Virus record (IMG/VR): IMGVR_UViG_3300031998_000027
Location: 1 to 64,000 of that record
Reading direction: 5' to 3' (one strand)
DNA: 64,000 bases
Source of the DNA: a virus
Lineage: Duplodnaviria; Caudoviricetes
A program made the position numbers and the translations under genes. Each line of letters opens with the position of its first letter. Position 1 is the first letter of the stretch. Below the pieces are notes generated by a model that was given only the letters and a program-made list of their open reading frames with translations, made no database searches and was not told the origin of the DNA. Below, in pieces: positions 31,676 through 42,693 of this stretch.

Positions 31676-33277
31676 TTACCTAAATGCCCTCTGCAAAGCT
31701 ATAAATACATTTTCATACAGTTCATCTGCATATCTTGTAGTGTAAATAATTTTTGCAGTTTTCATTTTATCAAAAATATATTTATTGCTTCTTTCGGCTA
31801 TTATCGTTGTGTTACAAGTATCAGCACAACAAAATACCATATCATTATCGGGTTCGCAATCTCCGTCAAAAAGAATGATATTGTAATTGTAAGTATTTCC
31901 CTTTTGTAGAGTACGGAAGATTTTTCCAAAATTTTCATCTACTCTATTTCCACCATTTGGATTTATCAGACGATGATTTTTATCTTGCAGTATCTCTCCT
32001 ACTCCACAATGGACAATATCAAGAGTAAAATTTTTGTTTTTTCTTTCTACTGCCGTAAGGGCAATAATTAGCTTGTTAACAACATCTTTATTACGATAAA
32101 AACTACCACTTACATCAATAAAAAGGTTGAGATGCAGACTACCAAAGCGGTTATTTCCTCTTGCTTCAAGTTTTCTCTCAAAAAAGCGATAATCTTCATT
32201 TCCACAATAACGAGGGTTAAGTATTCCACTATGTCCTGTCGTTCCGTTTCCACTACTGTTCTTTTTATTAAAGATACTTATTATATTCATAAGTCTTTCA
32301 GTAAGAGAATTATCTATAAAACCGCCAAAAGCATTTGAGAAAATTCTGTCGCCAAGTCCATTTTTGCCACTTTCTCCGTTTTCTTCTTCTTCTCCGTCTT
32401 TCGCATTTTTATTATCTTGGTGTTCGTTATTTACATTATCTTCGCCATTTTCACCACTTTCATTATTTTCGCCGTTCTCGCCATTTTCGCCATTTTGAGG
32501 AAGATTAGCTTTTTCACCATTTACATTTTCACTAATTTTTTCCTCACCTTTTGTGCTTTTGGAAGCATCAATATTTTCCTTATCTTCTTTTGTTACTCCA
32601 TTTTCGTCACTAAAAGTCTGTATCGGAGAAATTCCGTTTTTATCAAAATCTTTACAATCTTTATCATCTTCAAAATTTTGCGAAGCATAGTCAGAGGGAT
32701 TTTTGGAAAAATCTTCTAAAACTTTTTTCCAGAGTTTTTCAACATCATTATGATAGTATCTTACTGCCCAATCAATGTAATTATTCTTTGCAGATATAAA
32801 AGCATAATTTTTTATAATTTTCTCTACTGCTCTTACAAGAGGTTTTCTACCTATACGATGACGGCAAAGGACAAAAAACGCTTGTTCGGGGCTTGTAATA
32901 GGCTCGCCATTATAAGGACTAATTGCATTAAGCAGACCATTAAAGTCTGTATTCATATAATAGCCTTTTAACAGAGTTTCTATTCTTTCATCTTCAAAAA
33001 TATTAAGCCATTTTTCCATCTCTATAAGAGGAGTAAGGACAGCATGTGAAACTTCGTGATAAAGGACGGAGCGAATAGCTACTTCCTTATCAATTTCATT
33101 TGCGCTTGACAGAGCATCTACAATATTCTTGTAGGCAAAGGTTATCTTATCTTCAAGTGGATTATACCGACTTGTTTCTGCTTCATTATCAAAGCATACG
33201 GCAATTTTTCTTTTTGCATAATACCCTATGGGTAGAGTTTCTGCAATCTCTTTAATCTCTGCAAAACTAATTTCCAT
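31676..33277 (-). CDS. VWA-domain protein with N-terminal HExxH metallopeptidase-like region (CobT-like)
   Basis: YHEVSH, NIFEDERIE, acidic linker, MIDAS DVSGS, ILFDG. Confidence 0.75.
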   Translation of the reverse strand: MEISFAEIKEIAETLPIGYYAKRKIAVCFDNEAETSRYNPLEDKITFAYKNIVDALSSANEIDKEVAIRSVLYHEVSHAVLTPLIEMEKWLNIFEDERIETLLKGYYMNTDFNGLLNAISPYNGEPITSPEQAFFVLCRHRIGRKPLVRAVEKIIKNYAFISAKNNYIDWAVRYYHNDVEKLWKKVLEDFSKNPSDYASQNFEDDKDCKDFDKNGISPIQTFSDENGVTKEDKENIDASKSTKGEEKISENVNGEKANLPQNGENGENGENNESGENGEDNVNNEHQDNKNAKDGEEEENGESGKNGLGDRIFSNAFGGFIDNSLTERLMNIISIFNKKNSSGNGTTGHSGILNPRYCGNEDYRFFERKLEARGNNRFGSLHLNLFIDVSGSFYRNKDVVNKLIIALTAVERKNKNFTLDIVHCGVGEILQDKNHRLINPNGGNRVDENFGKIFRTLQKGNTYNYNIILFDGDCEPDNDMVFCCADTCNTTIIAERSNKYIFDKMKTAKIIYTTRYADELYENVFIALQRAFR

Positions 33278-33430
33278 TTTCTTTTTCCTTTCTTTTTTTT
33301 GTTCTCTTGTCTTATTGACAAGTCAATTATAGCATACAAAAGTCAAATTGTCAATAGTATTTCAAAAATAGGAATTAGATGTGATACATCTAATTCATAA
33401 AAAGAGAAAAGTGGGAATTTTTCCCACTTT

Positions 33431-34408
33431 TCAGACAAGAGCAGAGAAAAGGTCATCAGCAGACAGAGTAAACTTTTTAGTTACTGCACACCTATCGACA
33501 AGAGGTTCGGGCAGACCATAAGTCATTCCATTTACTGTCAAATTCATCGTGCCGATAATACTGAAATTTTCGCTTATCTCTATGACATTTCCCTTATAAG
33601 TGATAGCAGACTTATTATCCAAAAGACCTTGCAGAAAACGGAGTGTATCATAAGGAAGCAGATTTATCTCGTCCATAACGATTGTTCTTCCGTCCGTCAT
33701 AGCCCGCCAAAAGTCAGAGGGCTTGTAAGTTGCTTTTCCGTCCACAAAGACAAAATCTTCCATAAGGTCAGACGGAAGCATTGAGGAATTGCAGACAATA
33801 GGCTTGCTTCCACTTTCTGTCATAGCTATGGTGGTCTTGCCTGTACCCTGTGAACCGTAGTAAAGTCTAAATCTATGATTGACTACCTTTGTAGGCTCAA
33901 CAAGACTAATATCAAGGAGAATTTTTTCAAATTCCTTTGAAGTGATTTTAGCCTTTATCTCATTACAGTATGGACTATCAATCAATTCAAAGTAATTAGT
34001 TACATACTGCGTAGCAGACTGTCGGTTAATTTTAAGGTTAATAGCAAGTGTATTCACAAAACGGAAATTAGGCTCAAAATCAAATTCCTTGAAAAAGTCC
34101 ATAAGTCCTTTTATACCATTGATTGCCCTTTCCTTTTTCCTTTCATCAGTAAGAGTTTCTACAAGCTCTTCTTTCGTCATTCCAATCTCGGGATAAAAGA
34201 CCTTAGCGACATTTGGATAACGGCGAGAAAACATCTCCTCATCGTTTACAAAACTTGTTCTTGTTCTGTCTGCTTCATTTCTCATAGCACGATAAAAGTC
34301 ATCAAATTCTCTCTCGTGCGCTTTTACGGCAGAGGTTATCTCTACATTATTGAGATAATAAATTCCCTCTTTACTCTTGCGAAAATTAAAACTTGCGCTA
34401 ATAAACAT
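33431..34408 (-). CDS. MoxR/CbbQ/CobS-type AAA+ ATPase
   Basis: GSQGTGKT, IVMDEINL, IIGTMN, LPEPLVDR. Confidence 0.85.
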   Translation of the reverse strand: MFISASFNFRKSKEGIYYLNNVEITSAVKAHEREFDDFYRAMRNEADRTRTSFVNDEEMFSRRYPNVAKVFYPEIGMTKEELVETLTDERKKERAINGIKGLMDFFKEFDFEPNFRFVNTLAINLKINRQSATQYVTNYFELIDSPYCNEIKAKITSKEFEKILLDISLVEPTKVVNHRFRLYYGSQGTGKTTIAMTESGSKPIVCNSSMLPSDLMEDFVFVDGKATYKPSDFWRAMTDGRTIVMDEINLLPYDTLRFLQGLLDNKSAITYKGNVIEISENFSIIGTMNLTVNGMTYGLPEPLVDRCAVTKKFTLSADDLFSALV

Positions 34409-34584
34409 TTTTTTCTTCCTTTCTTTTTTTCTTTTTTTTTGTTCTCTTGTCTTATTGACAAGTCTATTATAACATATTTTGCGAAAAAGTCAATAGTTTT
34501 TGCAAAATAGAATTAGATGTAATACATCTAATTAGGAAGAAGGCGCGAGTTGGATAAAAATTCCAATTCGCGCCGTGTGATTTT

Positions 34585-35055
34585 TTAGAAAATCTTTTGA
34601 CATTCACTCGCAAAATATTTTGCGTTAAACTGATTACAAATTTCAGTTACTTTTCTTGTATCACTTTGTGTAGCACAATAAAAATTGAAAAGTGTATGTT
34701 TATCGCTAATTCTTATATAGCTATGCGGAATATCATCAAGAACATTATCAATCTTTTCTGTAAATTCAGTAGGAACAGTCACTTCCACTTTCCACATCTT
34801 GTCCTTTTTCATCTTTTCCTCTATCAGCTTTACGATGAAAACACCGATAACATTACAGACAAAAGTTATAACGCATTTCTGCCACATAGGAAAGTCCATA
34901 ACAGTATAGACAAGGACAATGTTATAAAACGCAAAGTAAGCACCGCTTATTAGGCTTGCAAGCGTTTTACCACTTTTTATAGTAGTGATTGAACGGACAG
35001 TAGAAAAGATAACATTGACAATGGAGAGAACGACAAACACAATAATAAATTTCAT
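34585..35055 (-). CDS. membrane protein (DUF5698/DUF2179-like)
   Basis: Three N-terminal TM segments (NVIFSTVRSI..IK.GK..AS) and a small soluble C-domain. Confidence 0.55.
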   Translation of the reverse strand: MKFIIVFVVLSIVNVIFSTVRSITTIKSGKTLASLISGAYFAFYNIVLVYTVMDFPMWQKCVITFVCNVIGVFIVKLIEEKMKKDKMWKVEVTVPTEFTEKIDNVLDDIPHSYIRISDKHTLFNFYCATQSDTRKVTEICNQFNAKYFASECQKIF

Positions 35056-35163
35056 TTTGATTTTCCTTTCTTTTTCTTTTTGTATACTAATTATAACAAA
35101 ATTTTAGGCAAAAGTCAAGATGGATAATTAGATGTGGTACATCTAATTAAAAAAACGGGGAAA

Positions 35164-35505
35164 TTACTCCCCGTTTTCCTTCTTCTTCCTCTTTGCGCTA
35201 TCTTTTTCTATCTTTTTTGCCTTTTCGGCTTCCGCTTTTGCCTTTTTTTCTGCCTTTTCCTTAACCTTTATTTTATAACTTTCCGCTACTCCATATCCGT
35301 CAAATCCGTCCTCATCTCTTGCGCCAGAGGGTACTTTTATGACAATCTGTATCCATTTGTCATTTCCCTCACTATCAACACAAGGAAAAGCACATTCATT
35401 TGAATTGGTCTGCATTACATCTTCGCCCTTTTCGGCATAGAACTCCATTATAGTCTGTAAGACCTTTTCACGAAGTTCATTATCCAAAACTCTATTATTT
35501 GCCAT
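35164..35505 (-). CDS. small protein, family B
   Basis: Paralog of 29422; AAGGA SD before MANNRV. Confidence 0.75.
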   Translation of the reverse strand: MANNRVLDNELREKVLQTIMEFYAEKGEDVMQTNSNECAFPCVDSEGNDKWIQIVIKVPSGARDEDGFDGYGVAESYKIKVKEKAEKKAKAEAEKAKKIEKDSAKRKKKENGE

Positions 35506-35631
35506 ATAAAATTCCTTCTTTCTCTTATTTTCTATAAAAATTATATCACAAATTTGCGAAAAAGTCAAATTTTTAATTAGATGTTGTACATCTAATTAGG
35601 GTGAGAGGGGAGATTTCTCTCCCCATTCTCA

Positions 35632-36006
35632 TCAGTCAATCCAATAGACCTTGCGAGTACCAACCTTGGGTATCTTCACATCGGCGCTATTGACTACGCC
35701 CTCGCCAACAAGCTGACGAGCGAGAGAGCCAGCCTTGTTGTGCGACTGTCCAATGCCCGCGCCAAGCTCAACCTCGGTGAACTTCTTGCCCTTGTTGTCA
35801 TTGAGATAGCCAATCAGAGCGGTCTTAATGGGAGCATTAGCTTCCGCCGTCTTGCTCGGCTTCTCAGCGCGCTTCGCCTTGCGCTTCTCAATGAGCGCAA
35901 GCTGACCCCTTGCCCAATCACGAGTATCCTCGGGCAGAGTGCTATTAGCGATAAGGGTGAGATGCTCAATCGTAGTCTTCTTCGGGGCGGTCTCGGTCAT
36001 ATCCAT
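35632..36006 (-). CDS. basic winged-helix DNA-binding protein (paralog of 26312)
   Basis: KRAEKPSK.A..NAP shared; FTEVEL..IG.S.NKA.SL.RQLV.EG..DVKI..G..K.W. Confidence 0.7.
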   Translation of the reverse strand: MDMTETAPKKTTIEHLTLIANSTLPEDTRDWARGQLALIEKRKAKRAEKPSKTAEANAPIKTALIGYLNDNKGKKFTEVELGAGIGQSHNKAGSLARQLVGEGVVNSADVKIPKVGTRKVYWID

Positions 36007-36015
36007 AGTGGTCTT

Positions 36016-36057
36016 TCCTTTCTGCACTTTTAGTGCGCTTGCGTTTGGTCGCAACCC
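36016..36057 (-). promoter_or_regulatory. structured 5' leader motif, copy 2
   Basis: GGGTTGCGACCAAACGCAAGCGCACTAAAAGTGCAGAAAGGA. Confidence 0.6.
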
Positions 36058-39000
36058 TTTTTTTTGAGGTTCCTGTCCTCTTTTACAAGGTTATTATATC
36101 ACAAAAGCTTTTGTTTGTCAATAGTTTTTTGAAACTTTTTTTGAAAATGTCTGTAGCCACATTTTCGGTTTTTAGTTTCTTTTCCCTCTTGACATTTATA
36201 ATTATATCACAAAATCCCAAAAAGTCAATAGGGTAGAATTAGATGTAATACATCTAATTAAAATTGAGGACAAAAAGTCCTCAAGAAAATGTGTTGAAAT
36301 AGACAAAGGTAAATACAGTGAGTACTGTAATAGCTGTTCCCATAAGAAAGCGGCCAAGCCGCTCATTTAATACCATTTGTCCAATTACATTAAGAATAAG
36401 GGTGATAAGATAAAGAACAAAAGTCCATTTCATTTTTATAGCTCCTTTCAAATAATACCCATACAAAAAAGGGTTATAAGACAATCCACTGCGACAACGC
36501 CAAATAGCGAGACAAAGCCGATGAGGGCTTCTTTTATTCCACAGTTTATAAACAAATCAATAAAAATCCAGATTAGTGCGACTATACCCGTGGCTATTAG
36601 AATGGATACCGCGATAATTGCTTTAATTTCCATTTTTTGAATTTTCTCCTTTTCTTTTTCTTTTTGTAATTTTATTATACTACATTTTCCAAAAAAGTCA
36701 AGAAGATTAATTAGATGTAATACATCTAATTAGAAAAAAAAGCAGGATTACTCCTGCTCTTTTTCTCTTTCCTTATAGAAGTGAATGATGGTATCCGCCA
36801 TATCATCAGCGATCATACAGGTAACCTTTCCATTATCCCAAGGGAAGCCCATTGACTCAACGAAGCCCTCGAGATGACCATAGTTATCACTATGACAGAT
36901 AACATCAGCGTTCTCAGCCCATTCAAAAACAAGCTGCGCGCCGTCATAGAGACGACGAAACTTAAAGGGAATATCATTCACGAGAAGTCTAACCCCTATA
37001 TGTTCAATGGTAGCGAGGTGAATAGCAACGGCTTTTGTCATTTTTTTTGAAAACTCCTTTTATTCTATTACTATAGTAGCGTTAATAACTACTACCTTAT
37101 CATTATTACTAAAATCATACCAAAATCCACTTTCCAAATTGATAGCTGCTCCTGAATTATTAATTTCATCAGTTTTCATAAAAGCTTCATCTTCATACCT
37201 AAAAATCGTTCCCTCTGTAATTTCGCCAAAACTAACCACATTTTTGTCAATAATTCTTGCCATTTTCTGAAATCTCCTTTTCTTTTTTTTATTTTGTACC
37301 TTTATTATAGCAAAAATTTTGAAAAAGTCAATAGGGTGATTTAGATGTAGTACATCTAACTAAAAAAAGGGAGAAAATCTCCCTTTCTTAGTACTCATCA
37401 AAGCCGCTGGCTTCAGCTTCCTCTTCGGTCAGCTTTCCCCCATAAAGGAGTTTGGGCGTTTCGCCCTCTTCGAGATAGAACTCAAGCTCGACAGCAAGCT
37501 TATCGACTATTGTCACTGCCTCACTAAGATAGTTCGCGCCGACAATGAACTGCTTACCGCTATTAAATTCTTCAAACAGATAGTACTTCATTTTGAAAGT
37601 CTCCTTTTCTCTCATCTTTGTACCTTTATTATAGCAAAAATTTTGAAAAAGTCAATAGGGAAAGTTAGATGTGATACATCTAATTACTCCCCTTTCGGGG
37701 ATTATTGTTTTAGCTTTTAATTTCTATAGTTACAATCGCTACCTGTAGAAGATGGATATTACCGACTTTAGGCCAATCATCATTCACTTTAACGCAATAA
37801 CCGCCGCGTTTCCCTTGTGTTATAGTCCATTTCTCATTACAGGTATATTCTTTATAATATCTATTGCGGATGATGTTTTTTGCCTTTTCAAAAGCTTCAT
37901 CTAAATTTAGAAAATAATGTTTTCTATTTACTAAGTATGCTCTCATGTTTCTCCCTTGCTTTCTGAATACAGTATAGCACACTTGCGGCTATTTGTCAAT
38001 ACCTTTTTCAAAATTTTTTTGCCCGGGCGAAAGCTGACCGCAAGGTCAGCAATCATCGGTATAGCACCCCATGTAAGGGTCAAAACCGCAATCCTCGTTA
38101 TAACCCCAATCTTCAAAATCGTTCTCAGGTTCACGCTCAATGGTGGCAACGACCTCGCCAGTATCCCAATCGCAGATGATGCCAAGCATAATGCGAGAGT
38201 TCTGCTCCATCTTGTATTCAATGAAGTCAGCACACTCACGCAGGTCATGCGGCATAGACTCGTTGCGGTAATCAATTACCTCATTGTTGGTATAGGCGAG
38301 GGAGCAATAGAAATGTCCGTAGTTCTCAAACTTGATAATCATTTTGTGATTTTCTCCTTTTCTTTCATCTCTGTACCTTTATTATAACACAATTTTTCAA
38401 AAAGGTCAAGTCTTAAAATTAGATGTGTTAAATTAGATGTGATACATCTAATTACTCCCCTTTCGAGGAGAAATTAGTTTTTATAATCGCATCAACAACC
38501 AGGCTGTGCGAGGGTAATTACCCTCGCTTGAAGTCTACATTGACATTAGAAGTAAATATCATTCTCAGTAGAGTAATAATCAGCGTAAGCAGAAGTACAA
38601 GCTTCCAACTGAAAGCGACAGTCCAAGTGCCGATAGCGACTACACCAAACATAGGAAGCAGAGCGCAAATCCCCCAAACAACTCCTGCAAAGCAGAGAAA
38701 AGACAGCGCACAACCTACAATCAGAGCAGTAATCCAAGACAGAATTTTCATTTTTTTTATCTCCTTTTCTTTTTTGTGATTTTATTTATTTTTTATCTCA
38801 TTTACAAGTATATTATAACACAATTTTCAGAAAAATCAAGTCTTAAAATTAGATGTGTTAAATTAGATGTGATACATCTAATTATAGAGGAATAGGGTGC
38901 GGTCGTCGCGCACCCTCTCCTCTTACTCCTTTTAGGTGAGGACCAGCTCGGCATTAACGGGCTGAACAAGCTCGTCAAGCTCTATGTGGTACAGCTCGCC

Positions 39001-40768
39001 ACTCGCAAAAAAGAGGGCGTTGCAGGCATCTCCGAAGCGGTCCTCTACGACCTCGGTTGCCATATAGACATCCTCGTCATAGATGAAAACATCGCCGACG
39101 AGCAGAGTACTGAGGGGGACCAGAGCAGTAGAAGTGTTGTTAGTGATAATCATTTGTTTTTTCTCCTTTTCTTTTTTTGTGATTTTGTTTGTTCTCTGTC
39201 TCATTGACAAGTCTATTATAACACATTTTTCAGAAAAGTCAATAGAGTGAATTAGATGTAATACATCTAATTATTCCCCTTTCGGGGAAAATTACTCAAT
39301 CTCGAGATATTCGTAGTTGAGCAGGTCACACAGCGCGCTATCAACCGCATTGGCAAGGTTTTCCAGCTCACCATGTATAGAGGAGTGGTCATAGATGCGG
39401 TTTATAAAAGCAAAAACCTCTTCCAAAAACGCGCGGTCTTCCTGAGTGAGAATAAGGGTTTCGGTTGTTTTGATAGTCATTTTAATTTTCTCCTTTTCTT
39501 TTGTTTTTGTACCTTGATTATACTACTTATTGCATAAGTTGTCAATATGGTAAATTAGATGTAATACATCTAATTATGGAGAGAGCCTTTACAGGCTCTC
39601 TATCTCTCCAGTCTGAACATTAAAGCGATAGTCGTTGATGTAGCAGTCTTTCGCTTCGTAATAGCTGCCCCTCTCGCCGTTCGGATAGCTTACATACTCT
39701 TTCATAAACGCGCCGATGTGCTTGCGGGTAGTCTGACTATAAGTGCCAGTGCAAGTAAGCCAGCCGTCATGTGTCAGCTCGCACACAAGAGTGACATAGC
39801 TGTAAAGGTAAATATTGCCGTCCTCGTCAATTTCAACATGGGCCTGTGCATAGGGCATCGCGGAAAGTTTCTTGATAATCATTTGGGAAAATCTCCTTTT
39901 CTTTTGTTTTTGTACCTTTATTATAACAGAAATTTTCGGAAAGTCAATAGTCTGAATTAGATGTAATACATCTAATTAAAAAAAAGTAGAGATTAAATCT
40001 CTACCTTTTTAATTATAAAGTGGTCATAAATCTCGCCCGTCTCGCGACTGACGAGAAGATATGTAAAACCATCTGTGACCGAAGTAGAGTAAAGAATTAC
40101 ATCAGCATCAGAATAGTCTTCGCGCGAACGATAGACATAGTCGCAAGCTTCGTTTAGGCTTCTGTAGGGAATCGGCGAGACATAAAGTTCGTCCTCGACG
40201 GGAGTGCGCGAAATTACGATGTAGCAAGTCATTAGAAAATCTCTCCTTTTCTTTATCTTTGTACCTTTATTATAACAGAAATTTTCGGAAAGTCAATAGT
40301 CTGAATTAGATGTAATACATCTAATTCGTGAAAAAAGGGGAAAATTACTCTCCCCTTTCAAGTTCCCTTAATTCATCGTGAAGTTTGAACCACTTTCTCT
40401 CGTCTTCGTAGTCCCAAAAATCTTTCATATCAAGGTCAAAGATTTTTTCTTTGAGTTCCTTTATTCTCTTTTCTTTTTCACTCATTGTAATAGCTCCTTT
40501 TAGAGTGCGTTGAAAATAATGCCGATGCAGACGACACCCAGCATGCCGACAGCGATGGCAATATAAACCACAGCGGACAGCGGATTGACATACACAGCAA
40601 GCGCAAGTATAATGGCGATGACGGCGAAGATGATGAGAAAAATATCGAAAATTGTCTTTTTCATTTTTGGAACTATCTCCCTTTTCTTTATCTTTTGTAC
40701 CTTTATTATAACAAAAATTTTTGGAAAAGTCAAGAGATAGAATTAGATGTACTACATCTAACTTAATT

Positions 40769-40876
40769 TTCTATAAATAAGGCAAATTACTCCGAGTGAC
40801 TTTTCATCCCCATCCCAAGGGCATTACCACAAGGGCTTAGCTACTGAGTGTCTTTCTTTTTGCCTTATTTATAGAA
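40769..40876 (-). ncRNA. candidate non-coding element bounded by an 18-bp perfect inverted repeat
   Basis: TTCTATAAATAAGGCAAA...TTTGCCTTATTTATAGAA; no ORF. Confidence 0.4.
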
Positions 40877-40890
40877 TTGAAAAGGGATTT

Positions 40891-41010
40891 TGTCAAGGGG
40901 ATTTCAAATTTCTTTGAATTTTTTGAGCAACACCACAAGCCTGCGCATGGCTTCTCTTGCGGTCTCTTTTCTCCGTTTGGGACTTTACGTTTATCTTTCT
41001 CCCCTTGACA
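40891..41010 (-). ncRNA. candidate small RNA closed by an 11-bp inverted repeat
   Basis: Behind its own promoter; TGTCAAGGGGA...TCCCCTTGACA. Confidence 0.4.
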
Positions 41011-42237
41011 CTTATATAATACTACTTATTTTATCTTTTGTCAATATCTTAAATTAGATGTAATACATCTAATTATGGAAAATGGGGAAAAATTCCCCAT
41101 CTTCTCAATATTTATATTTATCAAGTCCGCTCATTTCAGCTTCTATGTCAGACAGCTCGTCAATGAAAACGACATCGTCAATGTCTTCAACGACACCATC
41201 AGACCACAGGTCTTCAAGGATTGTTAGTGCATCAGCATAATCCTCTGCGCCAATGAGGAAGCGGAAACCCTCGCTAATTTCTTCAAACAGAAAATTTCTC
41301 ATTTTTTTTGAAAATCTCCTTTTCTTTTGTTTTTGTACCTTTATTATAAATGATAAATTCTAATCTGTCAATATGTGAAATTAGATGTGTCGTTTTAGAA
41401 TTAGATGTAATACATCTAATTATTTTAGGAAAAAAGAGGACTATTTTAGTCCTCTCTCCCATCAAAAAACCATTTTACGGAAAAATCCTCGAAAACCCAT
41501 TCTATGGAAATTCCGTCCTGAAACTCCCAAGAGCTTGCATACATTATGTAGCCGAGAGCCGCCTCAGCTTCTGCCGTGAGGTTCTGCTCGCAGATGTAGA
41601 CTTCTATGACCTCACCACCATCGTCATAGATGTCGCCGAGGTAAGAAAACGGCGCGAGCATATCAAGTATTTCATCGTAAGTCATTTTTGGAAAATCTCC
41701 TTTTCTCTTAAATTCTGTAATCATTATAAACGATAAATTCCAAAAAGTCAATAGTACGAATTAGATGTGATACATCTAATTTCTAAAAAGGGAAAAAAAC
41801 CCTTTTTAGTTTTATGACTTCATTTCATGATAAATAGTTTCCAGAATTTCGAAAAGTTCTGAATCATACTTGTAAGGAATTTCTATGCGATTAATATCCT
41901 CGCAATTTTTGAAAAAGATATGAACTACATTTGTGTAACGATTGACTGATACATTTCTGATTTCTTCACAGTTAATAATCTGATTTTCAAACTTTACTAC
42001 TTTCATGATTTTATAACCTTTCCATAATTTCTATAAAATTTTTGTCAAAGGTTTTTCAGAAAATATTTCACTTTTCTGAAAATTGGTCTATTATTATTTA
42101 ACTACTTAACCTCGTTATTTTGTACTCGGTACCGTTATTCTCGGTTCTCCCCTTTGACATAGACATATTATCACATATTTTAGGAAAAGTCAACGGAATA
42201 AATTAGATGTGATACATCTAATTAAAAAAAAGGAAGA

Positions 42238-42396
42238 TTACTCTTCCTTTTTCTCCCAGTAGCGGATATATACGCCCTTGTGCGCATCTGCGTAGGCGCG
42301 AGCTTCCTTGTAGCTCGCATAGTGCGCGATGACCTTCGCGCCGCGCATAGCGTCAAAGCCCTTGCTCTCGTCGACAGTAACACCATAGATAGACAT
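42238..42396 (-). CDS. 52-aa protein, family E
   Basis: MSIYGVTVDESKGFDAMRG; tandem paralog of 42535. Confidence 0.75.
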   Translation of the reverse strand: MSIYGVTVDESKGFDAMRGAKVIAHYASYKEARAYADAHKGVYIRYWEKKEE

Positions 42397-42534
42397 AGTA
42401 ACTCCTTTCGAGGCGGCCGCCCTTTTGTCGGCTCCGTTCCTCATTGTCTGTATGATACCACATCCGGCGACAACTGTCAATAGACAGAATTAGATGTGAT
42501 ACATCTAATTCCACCACAAAAGAAGAAGGGGAGC

Positions 42535-42693
42535 TCAGCTCCCCTTCACCGCCCAGTAGCGGATATACCGCGAGCGGCTCTCGTCCGCGTAGGCGCGGGC
42601 GTCCTCGTAGCGCTCGAAGTGCGCGATGAGCTTCTCCCCGCGCATGACATCGAAGCCGCGGCTCACATCGACAGTAATCCCATAGATAGACAT
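42535..42693 (-). CDS. 52-aa protein, family E
   Basis: MSIYGITVDVSRGFDVMRG; promoter and leader also duplicated. Confidence 0.75.
   Translation of the reverse strand: MSIYGITVDVSRGFDVMRGEKLIAHFERYEDARAYADESRSRYIRYWAVKGS

Larger units (their letters stand above)
36281..42006 (-). other. small CDSs in palindrome-bounded units (36281-36433, 36448-36633, 36748-37041, 37060-37263, 37388-37591, 37710-37946, 38046-38342, 38518-38751, 38932-39153, 39292-39480, 39589-39882, 39993-40232, 40345-40485, 40500-40664, 41105-41302, 41446-41685, 41812-42006)
   Basis: Each unit has TTGAC(A/T)-16/17-TATAAT, an A-rich leader with AAGGAG and usually a terminator overlapping the stop; several are TM peptides. 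Confidence 0.75.
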
